This document shows positions 50,381 to 63,602 of a DNA stretch of 64,000 bases, piece by piece. The notes under the pieces are model-generated. The model saw only the letters and a program-made list of their open reading frames with translations. It was not told where the DNA came from and made no database searches. The DNA lies in assembly GCF_040938485.1 (NCBI RefSeq), contig NW_027271177.1:868001-932000 (forward strand). The letters are read 5' to 3'. The stretch's first letter is position 1; each line of letters opens with the position of its first letter. Made by a program: the position numbers and the translations under genes. This stretch comes from Diadema antillarum. Taxonomy: Eukaryota.

Positions 50381-53300
50381 GTAAGCAGGCTCTATATCAT
50401 ATCCTCTAGATTCCAAAATGTAACCAAGCAGGTTTGTATACATCAATTGTTAGCAACATCTATTTCTCTAAAGGGAAATGCTTCTGAGATTTGATTAATT
50501 TATCTTTGATGAGTAATCAACTTCCCAGTCGTTATCAGTTGTTCTTCTTTTCAAAAGAGAAGATTCCTTTGGTTAAGTAATTGTTTATTTCTGTCGTTGG
50601 ATTTGCATCAACAGGCAATAGTTCAATGATAATTCATCGAGTAACACGATTAAATTTATATTTTAATAGTGAAAGCCCATTACTCAAAACTTCCGTATTC
50701 TTAAACGTGTATATTATCGAAATGATCATCATTATACATTTTCTTTTTAACTTGATCCAGCGATAATTATGGTTAACAGTGTGTAGAATTCTCTGTAAAT
50801 AGTTACTTCTCCAATTAATCTTGCATCAATCGACGTTCATTTTTTTTTTTCGCTCGCCAAATGTTATTTTTCTTATTTTCTTTTTTCCCCTATTAATAAT
50901 GTCACTATCTCTTTTTTTTCTCATTATTTTCTTTAAGGATCTCTCCAATGATCCCACTAAAGACAAGAATGTTCTCTCTGCTGGAGTGTTTTTTGTTTTT
51001 TTTTTTGTTTTTTTTTGGGGGGGGTGGGGTGCTGGTGCGAGGTGGTGTAGGGAATGCCAGCGCGAGCCATCGCGATGAATGTATATAGGGCTTTGCATGC
51101 GCATGGCTTGTTTTAAAATTTCAATTTTCCCCTCAAATCTAAGTGGTATTTGTTGACATTTCCACCTCTTTTTTTCACGACAATCCCCCGGATTCTGTCT
51201 AAATTTGATTAAACTTTTGCAAATCAGCACATTTCAAAGCTTGTTTTTCCCAGTTGTACTGTAGTGACGTCCCGCCGAATTCCATGGAGACGAGGTAGGA
51301 CTTTTTGAAAAGTTAACAGAAAAAAAAATGAGAAGACAGTGGTTAAAGTGTTGCATTCTTAGCAGGCGATTTTACAATTCAAGTCTCGACAGCAGGGAGA
51401 AAAGGTCGGATGACCTCAGCTGCTGTAGATACGAACATTTCACAAAAACGCAAAACAGGCGTTGGACCCATATGGTGAATTCGGTACTGAAAGATTAAAA
51501 AAAAAATGAGACAGATGAGGCCGATGTATGTTTATAGACAAAAAGAAGTGAAAAATGGGGGGAAAAGAATGTGTAACCTATGGACATTGACATAGCCTGT
51601 CCTTCCGAAATGTTTGCATTTTTCGGTATGTGAAAATAACAATAGCCTAAGTGTTTAATGACTACGAAACTAAGCAAGGTATGCTTTTAATAATTCCTGT
51701 CTGCTCTCTCCAATTGCACCCCCCCCCCTTCAATGTTATACTAGCTTGCCATTCCTCCCGCGATTTCAACTTGCTATCCTTTTTTTTTGTGTGTTCGTTC
51801 ATTCATTTCTTCAATCTGTCATTCTCACCAATCTCTTCCTTTGTCCATCTCTCTTCTTCAGCTTGTGATGCAAGACCATCGAATCTTCAGTCGTGTTTCT
51901 CTGTAGCTTCTCAGGCGATAAGTCAGCTTTACGTGCTTTAATTTCGCTAGGTACCGTACTATTATGTCATTTAGAGAGATGAGACAATACAACACCGAAT
52001 CATATCAACGTGAACCGTAATCTATCAACCAATTTCATTGCGGCGTACGTGGCTTGTGTAGTCCCACGAACTCACTCTGCACTTATATGGACTGTTTGTT
52101 GACGCAATAGTCATGATGTTAGTGCTGGCTTTTTCAAAGTTTTTCGTCATAAGGAAAAAAAAAAGAACTGTTTTCTTAATTCTCGATGACTGGTAATTGG
52201 GAGACAACAGTTTGTTTCTAAGAAGGAACAGAAAGAAGAATAAAGGACCAAATAGAAAAGCTGTGTTTTTGAAGGATCTTCTGTTAAAGACATCAAATCC
52301 CTCTTGCATGCAAATTTTTGAAAAATTGGTGAGAACACTTAGATATTGAAGAAAACACTATTTGGAAACCTCTAAATTTTGAACACATTTACTCAAGAGG
52401 GTCTTTATTTGTTTAATTAAATTGTTTAGTTAAGATTTTAATAATTTTTTCGCACTACGAAAAAATTACAAATCTAAACTACTCGTCTAGTTTTACAGAC
52501 CTGTGTGATGCACTTAGTTGCACATGTAGTTCATGTAAGTGGTGTGTTGTTATTTGCCACCGATAACAAAGTAAGAGAAGCTATAGTGAATACTTCTTTT
52601 CTGACAGCTTTAACATGCATATCTTTTATTCGAAGTATAAGTATCATAATTATTACAACCACAGGAGAATTAATGTATGCAGCTGTGCCTAGTACACAGA
52701 ATACGCAACGGTGAGCGTTTGGTGCTTTATTTGAATTTTAACGGCTAACAACATTCAAATATCACAGAAATGTTATAGCTTACAATAGTCTTGTCATTCT
52801 GGTGGAATATATCATGTTCTGTGCTATTTGGGAAGGAATGCAAAAGGAATGGCTCATCTTTAAGATGTAGGCCCTATGTGAGGTAAATGTCAGATGATCA
52901 TTTGGTCTGTACTCTAAAGATGGCCGATGAATATCTCCTTTGTGTCATAAATTGCTGTAATCCTCTCATCACACGTTCAATTTCCATCATGTCTCCTGTT
53001 TCGCTCAATTGCGATTCCCACGTGCCTGGCTGGAAGCATGTTGTGACAGGGGTTCGTCTTGGCCAGACTTCGGCAGGGAGTCAGGATTTTAATATCGAAC
53101 AGAAGCTCGCTCATGAAATGCAATACCCCCGCAGACATTGTAGAACGGCGTAAACAGCTTCCGCGACCTTTCCTACGGCCGGGTGTGCATCCAACGAGCA
53201 TAATGACACAGAACTTACCCACCCTCAGTATCAATCATCAAAACACCTTCCGTGCTTCGGTTGTAATGTCGACCTATTAAAACATTTTTTTTTTTCGTTA

Positions 53301-56300
53301 GGCTTAGGTATTCTGCATTTCTTTATCCATGCTGTAACTGTGAGAGGAACAGCAGTGAGTTCATGCCACATCTGCAGTTTGAAGCAATTATGTCTTGGTT
53401 TAATCATTCATAATCGAGCAAATTATGAAATCATCTCTCCCACCTTCCTTTTGAAGCAGTATATCTCTGATCAGAAGGAGTATCGGGATGGTAGTTACAT
53501 GATATGTAGTTCTTTTTCAAGCTTTTATTTATTGTTATATGAATAGAGAAGATTGGTATCTTAGAAAGCATGTGTAGGATTGCGTTGTATTACTTGCCAA
53601 AGTGCATGTTAGAACAAAACACTAGTGGACTTAATTTGGAACTTTTCTCTAATATGTACAGTTCGACGTAGAAAATTTGTACCAATTGATGTAGTTACTA
53701 ACAAATCAAGACGATCAGACGATGACGTGGGGGTGGGGGAAGTAATGTTGGAATAGCACGACCTTTATACGCTGGTATTCCTTCGTCGTGGGACGTGTGT
53801 ATTATCACAGACACACAGACGAGTCCCTTGACGGAGACTTGAATGGGACGCTAGCGTGCAAAATATCTGAAGATTTACCTCCAATTTAACCACCTAATTA
53901 TGTTTGCTTTGCCTGCACGAGGCTGCACTAGCCATCAGCGCGGGGGGGGGGGGGGGGGGGGGGCAGGCATCTTCATTGAATTTCCGTCCCGATCCACGAG
54001 GGAACAGGCGGTCGAATAGTGACGACTATAGGGAGACCAGGCATTCGGTTACGTTTTCATCTGATCATGATCTGCTGTTAGCCTCGGCTCGAGTGCAAAC
54101 AATTCCTCTTTNNNNNNNNNNNNNNNNNNNNNNNNNNNNNNNNNNNNNNNNNNNNNNNNNNNNNNNNNNNNNNNNNNNNNNNNNNNNNNNNNNNNNNNNN
54201 NNNNNNNNNNNNNNNNNNNNNNNNNNNNNNNNNNNNNNNNNNNNNNNNNNNNNNNNNNNNNNNNGTTGAAAATAATAATTATGCATAATCATAGATATTG
54301 AACTAGCATTGATATTGTTTTATCGGTCGAATACTTGCATAAAGTTCTTTATGTATCATATTGTGCTATCCTTGATCCCTGATATGATTTTTCTTATTAT
54401 AACATGGTATAGTGTATAGGTTATATCATGAATTAAAAGGCGTTTATACTGAATAGTAATTGTTATAATGGATTCATTAATTGCTGCAAAGAATAAGGGC
54501 ATACAACTTTGCTTTGTTTTGTTAATTTGCTCTTTTTGACATCAGCAGTAGATATTAAGTTTGTACAATGATTTCATCGTTAGCATATTGAGAATCGTTG
54601 CGTGAAGCTGAACTAGGAATCTGCGGCAATATGAAAGCTCCCTTGGTTCATTAAACTTTTACACGTCGGACAAGTTGTCGTCTCACTCCTGTTTATTCTG
54701 GTTGAGTGATATTCTGTTTGATATCCAAAAGAATGAGGGTAACTTATTGGTAGTATAATCACACCCTTTGCAGACTGGCAAGTTTAAAAAAAATGAAAGA
54801 AAGGTGCAAACAAAATTGGAGGGAGAGGATGACAAGAATGCGACCGCATCGTGAAATGCCAAAATAAGGAAGGAAAGACAGAGACAACGATGCGCAACCA
54901 ATCAAACCTCTATGCATTTGCAAGGGCTATTTATCACCACTAATTCCATTTTCTTCATAAGGAATCAGGTAACGCATGGTTTCCCCACCTCCCTGGTTTC
55001 TCCGAGGCCTATTATATTGATTAGACCCATCTACTGTATATAGTGAGAATAATTCTAGTGTGCGGTGTCAAACCTGTCAGCTTTCCCAATCCATCGGCGG
55101 TTTGCTGAAAGGGTTATGTGATAATTTCCCCATCGTCCACAGTCCTTCTCGCTACTATTTTGTTTTGCGTATTTCTTGCGCATGCCAAAACATTGTTGCC
55201 ATATAGGTAGTTTCCTCAGAGTTTCTAGGCTATTTCAGGGTATGCGGAAAACCAGCTGACGTAAGCCAATATTAGGAGAGATAGGAAAGATACGGATAGT
55301 GTAGTGTCTATCTGGAACTGTTTCGTTTGTCAGGGTATGGATGGTTTTACAATGTTAGTTTAATATTAATGATACAGGACCTTTACAAGTAAATGATACG
55401 TTAAGACTGGCGAGTAGATTCCTACAATTCCAAAAGTTGATAAAACAGGAACAAAGGTGGAGTGAGACCTTTTCATTCTACCCTCAAGTATTGAACGTAA
55501 TTGCCCAATTGTGTGTAGCGTTTCGTTGAAAAAAACAAAACAAAAATGAGTTTGATTAGATTTTAGTATGCACCAGCAAGGGAAAGTGTTTCCCCGTAGA
55601 ATCAGGCTAATTATGTCTTTGCTGACATTCTTACTTTAATGGATCAGTGCGTCTATTTATCAGACGCCCAAATATATCTCCAACCCTGTCCCTCAAATGT
55701 CAAATTCAGTTCCAATAAACGATGTAGAATTCCACGAAAAGCAAGTGCACCCCGCGAGTGCCTTCCGCCAGCAAACCGGCGGGGTAGACGCTAAGCTGTT
55801 TCCAAGACCCGTTATACCTGGATGAACTACACTGTGCATGTATATCTAAGGCGATCTCATCTGTGATTATAAATAAAAAACGATTCAAGTCGAAAGAAAT
55901 AACAGTCGTTTATTGCAGTGTAGTCAAAACCATGGACTTTGCCTGTCTCCAAAACGACTTGGATTTGCCTTAAGATCTGCATCGAGAATTTAAGAAAAAC
56001 AATCCTGTCCGATCGTATACAGTAGTCTGTTGTTCAGCGGTTTATTTCTAGCCATGACGCAATTCTTTACACTCTTTCTCTATACATCACACGCAAATAC
56101 ATGCACACACATGCACACACATTATTCATTCTCCCTGTACCTGTCTTTCTTTCTTTCTCTCCCACGCCCTCTCTTCCTTCTCTCTATATTTCCCGTAGGC
56201 TCTCTCTATGTCTCTCATCATCTCGCTAATCTCTTATAATGTCCTGTTTCAGTGGCCCTCTGGACTTTCGTGCAGGTTATACGCAGCAGAATGATATACC

Positions 56301-56875
56301 AAGCATTACAATGTACAGTGCGTGCAGAAGCGGAGAACGCTATAGCACACACTTTGCAATGCATGGAGTAAGCGTACAAGAAATATTAATGTTCAACATA
56401 CACTCAGGCAGTTGAGTACTGCTGCAGATAAGAACAGGATTTAATCAGATGCCATTTAAAATCATTTTGACACAGGGTCGATAAAGCGTCAAATCAAAAA
56501 CCTCAGTTCTCGCTGGGCTCGCTGGGGCACACACAAACTCTCACACCGATGTATCCCATAAAACATTAATGATAATAACAGCGTTCTCAAAATGTTACTA
56601 TAAGCATATAGAATATTTCAATAACGTGTGCTACTTACAAGGACACAAGTCGGGAGTTGGGGAGGGGGTTTCTCGTTTAATGCAAATAATTTATGCTACG
56701 GGAGATCTCTAGTGTCCTTTTTTGTAACATTGGTGGCAGTTGACATGTAACCATTGAGGTGAAAGGAAGGTGATATCTCGTGAAATAATGAATCGTCACT
56801 TATTTGCATGTATACCCGGTATGATTAGGGGTCCCCTCTGGAAGATGACACAACATCCTCCCATAAAACTGCTTC

Positions 56876-57161
56876 GGGTGCAGTTCGTTATTCCGAAGGT
56901 TCGATATTCCGAAGGTTCGTTATTCCGAAGGTTCGTTAATCCGAAACACACTAATTCCCTATACCAAGAGGTTCGTTAATCCGAAAATGAAAAAGGGTTC
57001 GTTAATCCGAACATTTGTGGCGTTATTCCGAAGGTTCGTTATTCCGAAGATTTGTTCATCCGAAAATGAAATTCGGAAAAAAAAACGAACCTTCGGAATT
57101 ACGAATCTTCGGACTGAAGAGCCTTCGGAATAACGAACCTTCGGAATAACGAGCTGTAACC
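56876..57161. mobile_element. MITE with 16-bp subterminal repeats (GTTCGTTATTCCGAAG)n, possibly MULE-like
   Basis: The repeats switch orientation near 57075, termini are GGGTGCAG/CTGTAACC, and the flanks ACTGCTTC / AATGCTTC are a 7/8 match. Confidence 0.7.
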
Positions 57162-58259
57162 AATGCTTCTACCCACGACATTGTTGCACGATGCTTCGTT
57201 CCTATATGCAGCTCCACGAACATGAAACAAATCACACGCAGAACCAAACTTTACAAAAAGATGCTGTCCTCTTGGCGTCGCCAAACGTCTGATTGATGAT
57301 GTAGTCATGGTGACTGCTATTTCATGACTTGCCCCCCCCCCCCTCTCTCTCTCTTGTGCTGAAAGCCATTGTACGTTCGCTGCAATGAACAAAGTATCAC
57401 GTGTGACACCAGCACTCTGTCCTTTGCCTACACAGGTGTACGTGATGGTATTTTCAAGTTAAGAAAATTGTTCTCACCCGACTTCACTGATATTCTTAAG
57501 AATGCAAATATGGTATGGGGATAAGACAGAGTAAGAGAAGGTTGTAGCCATGGTGTTGAAGTGAGTCTACCCCCCCCCCCCAAAAAAAAAAGAAATGTCT
57601 TTTAGTTTTGAATAACACACGTTGTGCATTGATTACAGGGGATTACTTACACGCGCTATGTATAGTTCCAAGTGATCTAAAACAGGACAGTCTTGAATAC
57701 GTCAATTTACACCACTAACGATTGTTCCTTCGGGACCTTGCAACAGGAAAGCAGTCTTGGACCTAACGTTAAAATCATTGTACGAACTTAATATCTACTG
57801 CTGATGTCAAAAAGAGCAATTTAACAAAACAAAGCAAAGTTGTATGCCTTAATTCTTTGCATGCGGTCCAAAACAGCGACTTTTCGTGGTTAAAATAGAG
57901 GGAAAACTCATCCATCTGCTGATATTTTGTTTATAGTCAGTCGACACTTCAAAAGGAAGCAAAGGAAGTAGCATTGTACCTTTACAGATCGCAAAGAAAA
58001 TGATAGCATATAAGATACACTTTTTGTTGCTGCAATTTATTTGACCTTCACTGAAACGCCATGCATTGAATGAATCCCATCTTGTTCGAAAATTGCTCAT
58101 TCGTGTGTGATAGGAAATGGGCAGGAATAAAGTGAAGATATGCCATCTCCGTATCACCGCAATTAGTTGCTGGTTGAGTATGTAAAAACATAAATTAGCA
58201 GCGAAAAAGAATGCATTGTCTGCTTCTGCAACACGAGCGATTTTTTGCTGAGTATTTGT

Positions 58260-58301
58260 GTTGCCATGGACAACGTGTCCTGGTGTGACGTCATAGGAAG
58301 T
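58260..58301. promoter_or_regulatory. clustered RFX X-box-like, full CRE and ETS-like motifs 1.3 kb upstream of the S2 exon
   Basis: GTTGCCATGGACAAC (58260-58274), TGACGTCA (58286-58293), AGGAAGT (58295-58301). Confidence 0.35.
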
Positions 58302-59098
58302 CATGAAGAGTCTGGAAGGTGTAACAGGTACCCCCACGTACCATACAGCTCGAAATAGCACGTTAGGAAAGCCACACAGGAAACATAAAATCAGTTACTG
58401 TCATCAGTGTCACTGTAAAGACAGTGTGATCCATCACATACGCGTGTTCTTACCATGCTTTATGGTGGGTGCAGGTACTCCCAAATTTTGCAATGAAAAC
58501 TATTTAAGTTGATCCGATGAAAAAAAAAAATGCAGCAGCGCGTCATGAGTTAAATCACACTGTTTGGGTGGGTGAGGAACAACTGGCCGTAATGTTCACA
58601 ACCTCGAAAAACAAAACAAAAAAAATTAAATAGAAAGTAAAAGTAAACGAGATTTGTTTACAGCGTGTAGTCCTTCTTTTGCACTCAATAATGCATACGA
58701 GAAGGATCATTGTGATGTCATAGCCTAAGCAAACACTTCGGTAAAATATTTCGATGAGGCCCATCTTTCAGTCATCCAATAAAGTCTGCGTGCGCGCCCC
58801 TAATAATCACTCTCAAACGACCTCACTGCATGCCTGGGAAAATCCGCGTGCAGGGTATCAAACGTGTGCAGTTCAAGGCACTATTACACAGCCATGAAAA
58901 ATCCGTCGATTTTGGGAACGTGACCGAGCCTGTAAATGGCGATTAAACGAGATAGTCTTCGCATATGGGCAGTCTACTGTCTATATTTGGATACCGGTGT
59001 TATCTTTTGTGAACGTGATCTAAAAAATCTGTCTGATTCAATGTCGACGTTATGCGTGTATATATACATTTTTTTTTTACAGACATTCAATAAGTTAC

Positions 59099-59130
<32 letters not shown>

Positions 59131-59561
59131 AGAATACATACTAGCTTGCCTTCCCCGACAAGTGTATTCCTAGAGCACGAATCAACTTTGTATTAATTCA
59201 TATGTGCATATTCTATTAATATTTGACTAGAGTCTATTAACAAACTAATTGCAGCTGGAAAAAAAATCGTGTTTCTTGCGACACATCAAGAGGCCACCTT
59301 GGGAAGAATATAGGAGGATTTAAATTATGTTGTTTTGTTCTGGTTTTTGAGATGAGAACGTGAGTTTAATTCAGCAGGAAGGAACAATCATCGTACATTC
59401 TTTAAGTTGCAGCAAGGCCATTTTCGAATATTTGACGCGTGAGATTCTCAATTGAATTTTCCGTATAACTTCTTGTCCATCGCCATGGCATGATTATGAC
59501 TTGACATTTTGACTTGTTTGTTCAGACTTTGTAATCTTTCCTTCTTTCTTTCTGTCACCAG

Positions 59562-59657
59562 GAATCTGTGTATTCGTTTATCCTCAAGTCCATGATCAGC
59601 GCTTCCACTATGGGACTTCTGTTCCTCATAATCATGTATCACACAAGAGAAATCCAG
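59562..59657 (+). CDS. KCNN: SK channel second coding exon (96 bp, S2 helix): ESVYSFILKSMISASTMGLLFLIIMYHTREIQ
   Basis: Polypyrimidine acceptor ctttccttctttctttctgtcaccAG|, donor CAG|GTAAGC, phase 0/0. The 32 codons match the vertebrate SK exon pattern xSxYSxxLKxxISxSTxxLLxLIxxYHxREIQ. Confidence 0.95.
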
Positions 59658-61725
59658 GTAAGCCCTACTTCCATTATCATTTAATCATTGCCGTGATTTT
59701 GAAAATTGGCTATAGATATGTCGGGCAAGCGTTGAGCAGACTTACTGCAAGTTGCCGAAAACAATCCAGGGCCCCGTTGCATAGAAAGATTCGATCAAAC
59801 ATAAATCAGGAAACGAACCGTAGGTCAGAGTATCGGCCAATCAGAATCGGGTATTCAGAGACTTGTGTTTCATATTCTGCTTGATTTCAACTTATATGCA
59901 ACAGGGCCCAGCTGATAGAGAGTTGTGTATAAGTTTTCAACATGAGGGTATTATCGTTTGTATACGATTATTCTAGTCACTGCATTCGTTATGGAAATTA
60001 TGTAAAAAATAAAACCAGCCTGCTGCATTAGTAACAGTAGCCACAAAGGTTATAGACATGCTAGTGGTTTACTGGTGACAAAAGGACATACTTCGATCAA
60101 AACATCAATAACCAATCTTAACATGTGAGGTTACGAAAGACCTTTATTGTTTTCTATTGTCATCACATCTTTTTGAGTTGAACTGTGACGCCATGACAAC
60201 GAAACACCCGCGCATCCTCCCGCACAGTCACCTTAAGTAAGATATTGGAGGGGGGAGGGGGGGGGGAGGGTGTAGCGCACAACGTACTCATAACATTCAC
60301 ATGACCTGGAAAAGCCATTGCCATTTCGTGTGCCCTTGTTGGCTCCGGTAATGAAAGAGTTTACTTGGGCAATCAATACAGGAAGGTGCACTGTGAGGCG
60401 TGCGCAGTGCTTTCACCGTGACGTCATCACGCCTTACTTCACATCGTTAACAAGGAGCCCCAAAGTCCCCCACGTTCTGTCGGCACTTGTATCGAGTCTC
60501 ATCTTGGATATGAGTACATACAAATTGTCTTAGCTCTCCTTTTTCCAAGGATTTAAGTCTATAATTGCTGTTGCGTTTTTGTTTACATCGTTTATTCGAC
60601 TGCTTCGGAAACAAAAGTATTGATTGGGGACACAAACAAGCAAGTTATGTGCATCATGATTATAAAAAACAAAACGACCAGATTTCAATGCTGTAGTACT
60701 GCTAGGATTTTAAATCCTCATAATTAACTCGCCTCACGATGGGGTTTACCTACTAAAGTGTTTTTGTGTCTCCAGTAAAGATGTGATGACCAAGACGAAA
60801 TGTGCAGCTAGATTAACACAATGGTCTGAATTCATAAACAAACACAAATCCATGGTGTATATTTAGTCCATGGACTAAAACAAATGCGAAAAAGCTTCAT
60901 TACAGACCTTACATAAGCTAGCGTGTCAACTTGGGTTCGTTTCTGGATGTTTTAGCAAGATCCAGTATTTAAACCTATCTTTTGGAATTCTTCCCAATGA
61001 GTTTTAAGGCAAAATATAAGAAAGTGATTATAACCATTGTGGAGAAACAACAGATTAAAATGTTTTCAGCGATTATGTGTCTGTTCTGCGGCTTTTTCTT
61101 CAAAACAACCTTGAAATCCCCCACCCCCATGCCTTCATCTACTTCAATTTGTGAAATGTATTGTAATTGGTTATCTATTTGCGTAGCAACTAGATGCTAG
61201 TGGATCATTTGGTTTGGTTAGCTCGGGATCTTACTTTGATTTTGTTTGTTATGTTTGGTAATATAGGTGAATCTCAAAGATTTGAGTAAATGAAAAAACA
61301 ACAACAATGAACTGTCCATTTTATGCAGGCGCCAAAATATCCTCATTGGCCTCCAGATGTTCTTAGTTTCTACCTTTGTTCTGGTTTTTTTTTTGTGTGT
61401 GTAATAAGTATTGTTGTATATCAATGGAATTTTCATGGGTTAATGCTTTCAGGGTGTCTGTGTGCTGATTATTGGCCCCAAGGCTCTTATTGGCCTTGAA
61501 ATACTCTTTAATTCTTTCCTTTTCACTCGTTTCTGGTGAAGGGATTTTTGTAATTTCAGTGGATAAATCATTAGTTGATTTTATTTTATCTTTTATTTTT
61601 TACTTTGGTTTTTTGTGCATGTGTATTTGTGGGGAAATTGAGGGCTTCGGCGAGGGCATAAATTTCAAATGACACATTCTTATACCCCTTTACATCCTCA
61701 GAAATGAGTGTGAGGCAGGTATAGG

Positions 61726-62005
61726 TTAAAGGGGTGGTATAGTATTTGTTGAGGTGGGGATTCAGCCTCTAACTTTTTGGGAGATACTTAGAAACCACTT
61801 TATGAAATGTTACAGAGCACACAACTCTAAGGGTGCTAGTGATTCGAAGTTTATTTCATGCAAATCAGTTTTGAAATGGCTGAGATATCCAAAAAAAAAG
61901 TGAAACAAAACAATTGTAATAAAAGTTGGGTCCCACCTTTTATTAGGATCACCTTGTTTTTGATATCTGAGCCATTTCAAAACCAATTTTCATCAAATAA
62001 ACTAT
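61726..62005. mobile_element. 3'-truncated Kolobok-like element (TTAA|AGGGGTGGTATAG...)
   Basis: TTAA-AG start and an internal inverted pair ttttgaaatggctgagatatc / gatatctgagccatttcaaaa. No matching right terminus. Confidence 0.55.
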
Positions 62006-63559
62006 AATTTTATTTTTTTGCACATTTCATAGGAGATTTCTTATTAACTAAAAAAAAAAAATCACCATCAAAAAACGTTGGAAACCTGAAGGCCTTAAGC
62101 CAAGTCATCTTCTTAAAGAATACCAACTTTAACAAACGAACAAACAAAATATGAATATGATTACAAATGTTGTAGAACAAGATTCTCACAGACTTGTTTT
62201 GGCTGTCATAATGCATATCTCCGATCGTTATACGGGATTCCATAATGTTTGTTTGTTGTTTTTCGTGATATCTTGAGATCATACAAGTATGTTTACTGTC
62301 GTTTTGAAAATGCGCATCACGGCATATTCCTACGGCGCGGAGGATGGTTATGGTGGATTTCTTTTTATGGTGACGTTCAAAAAGTGACGTCAAATGCATA
62401 GTCCCTCTCAGTGAAATTCCCTGTAACCTGTTGACCACTTGCGAGTACGTGGGAGGATCGTTTCTGCAGAGCTGCATGAAATGGGACCACTTGGTGATGG
62501 TCTCTAGGTGCGGCCGCTATACCCGTGGGAGTGCAGCCGTGGACTGATTACAATCTAAGTATTGATACGCACGCTTTCTGGCGATCCAATTACATTAAGC
62601 AATATGGCATGCATAGCTTGGCATGGTGACCCCAGGAGCGTACAAATCCCGCACACCCTACGTCCGATGCGGTTTTAATATCCCGCGTGTTTTTATTCGG
62701 TCGAAATGACAAGCAGCCTTCGGCCTAAGATTCACCGAAAAACGGCCGTGTCTTTTGTCTTTAATAATGCATTGCGTCGTTGTTGTTATTTCCATTGAAC
62801 ACGTTGGAATCTTAAGTTCCAGCAAATTAACATGTCCTCGTGTTATCCGCCATCAATAACATGACATTCTTTTGATATGCTAATCATCTTTCTTTTGTCT
62901 AATCGCCCGAAGCGTTGCATTCCCAGCTGCGTATATTTTGCTCATTCCTTAATATGGCGTAATCAAATTCAGCGACATACACTGACATAAGCCTGCATTT
63001 ATATGTTTATCTTTTCTCTTGTTTGTTTGTCCCTTTACTGATTTCCCACAAGTAGAATCAACTAGAGTTGTAATCTGTTTTCATACTAAAACACTGGTGT
63101 GTTAATTCTCTGAAAGGCAATATTTAGCACACATAATTATGGACCCTTTTTCATGCCAGGGGCTTTAGACATTGTGTAGGCCGCTGTGAGGTTTTCGCTG
63201 CCGATCAGGACTCAAAGCACACAAGGGGTAAAGGTTGTAGGACATCTTTTTTTGGATACAGGATAACGCATTATGGCAACGTCTCATAGACAACTGAGAG
63301 TCATATGACTTTGGTAAATCCCTTGAAGTAAAGCACGCTAAATTTGAACTACAGAAAATTAACTGCATAAAGGGCTGTGGCCACCATTTTCTGTATTGCA
63401 GACGCCGTAGTAGATGATGACGATGGTTTAATGGTATTGTTTCAATTTATTGGATTTTGGCGCAAATATGTAAAAAGGAAGCTACAGTAAGGGAGCAATA
63501 CGTTGTTGCGGTTTAATCAAAGCCACATCGGCTACACAGTTGCCAGCTCTTCATACTCC

Positions 63560-63602
<43 letters not shown>

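Larger units (their letters stand above)
1700..59561 (+). other. 57,862-bp GT-AG phase-0 intron of the SK gene
   Basis: Bounded by the two exons above. No other recognisable SK coding sequence lies between them, although small exons could be hidden in the N-gaps. Confidence 0.85.

Noticed and set aside
4113-54972. Recursive splice sites (YAG|GT) near 4115, 32929, 51949 and 54968
   Set aside because: None combines a strong polypyrimidine tract with a GTRAG donor.
56876-57161. CRISPR-like appearance of the 16-bp repeats
   Set aside because: No unique regular spacers, orientation flips mid-array, no cas genes, and the context is a eukaryotic intron.
60862-60879. 18-bp palindrome TTTAGTCCATGGACTAAA
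   Set aside because: AT-rich and at about chance expectation for 64 kb.
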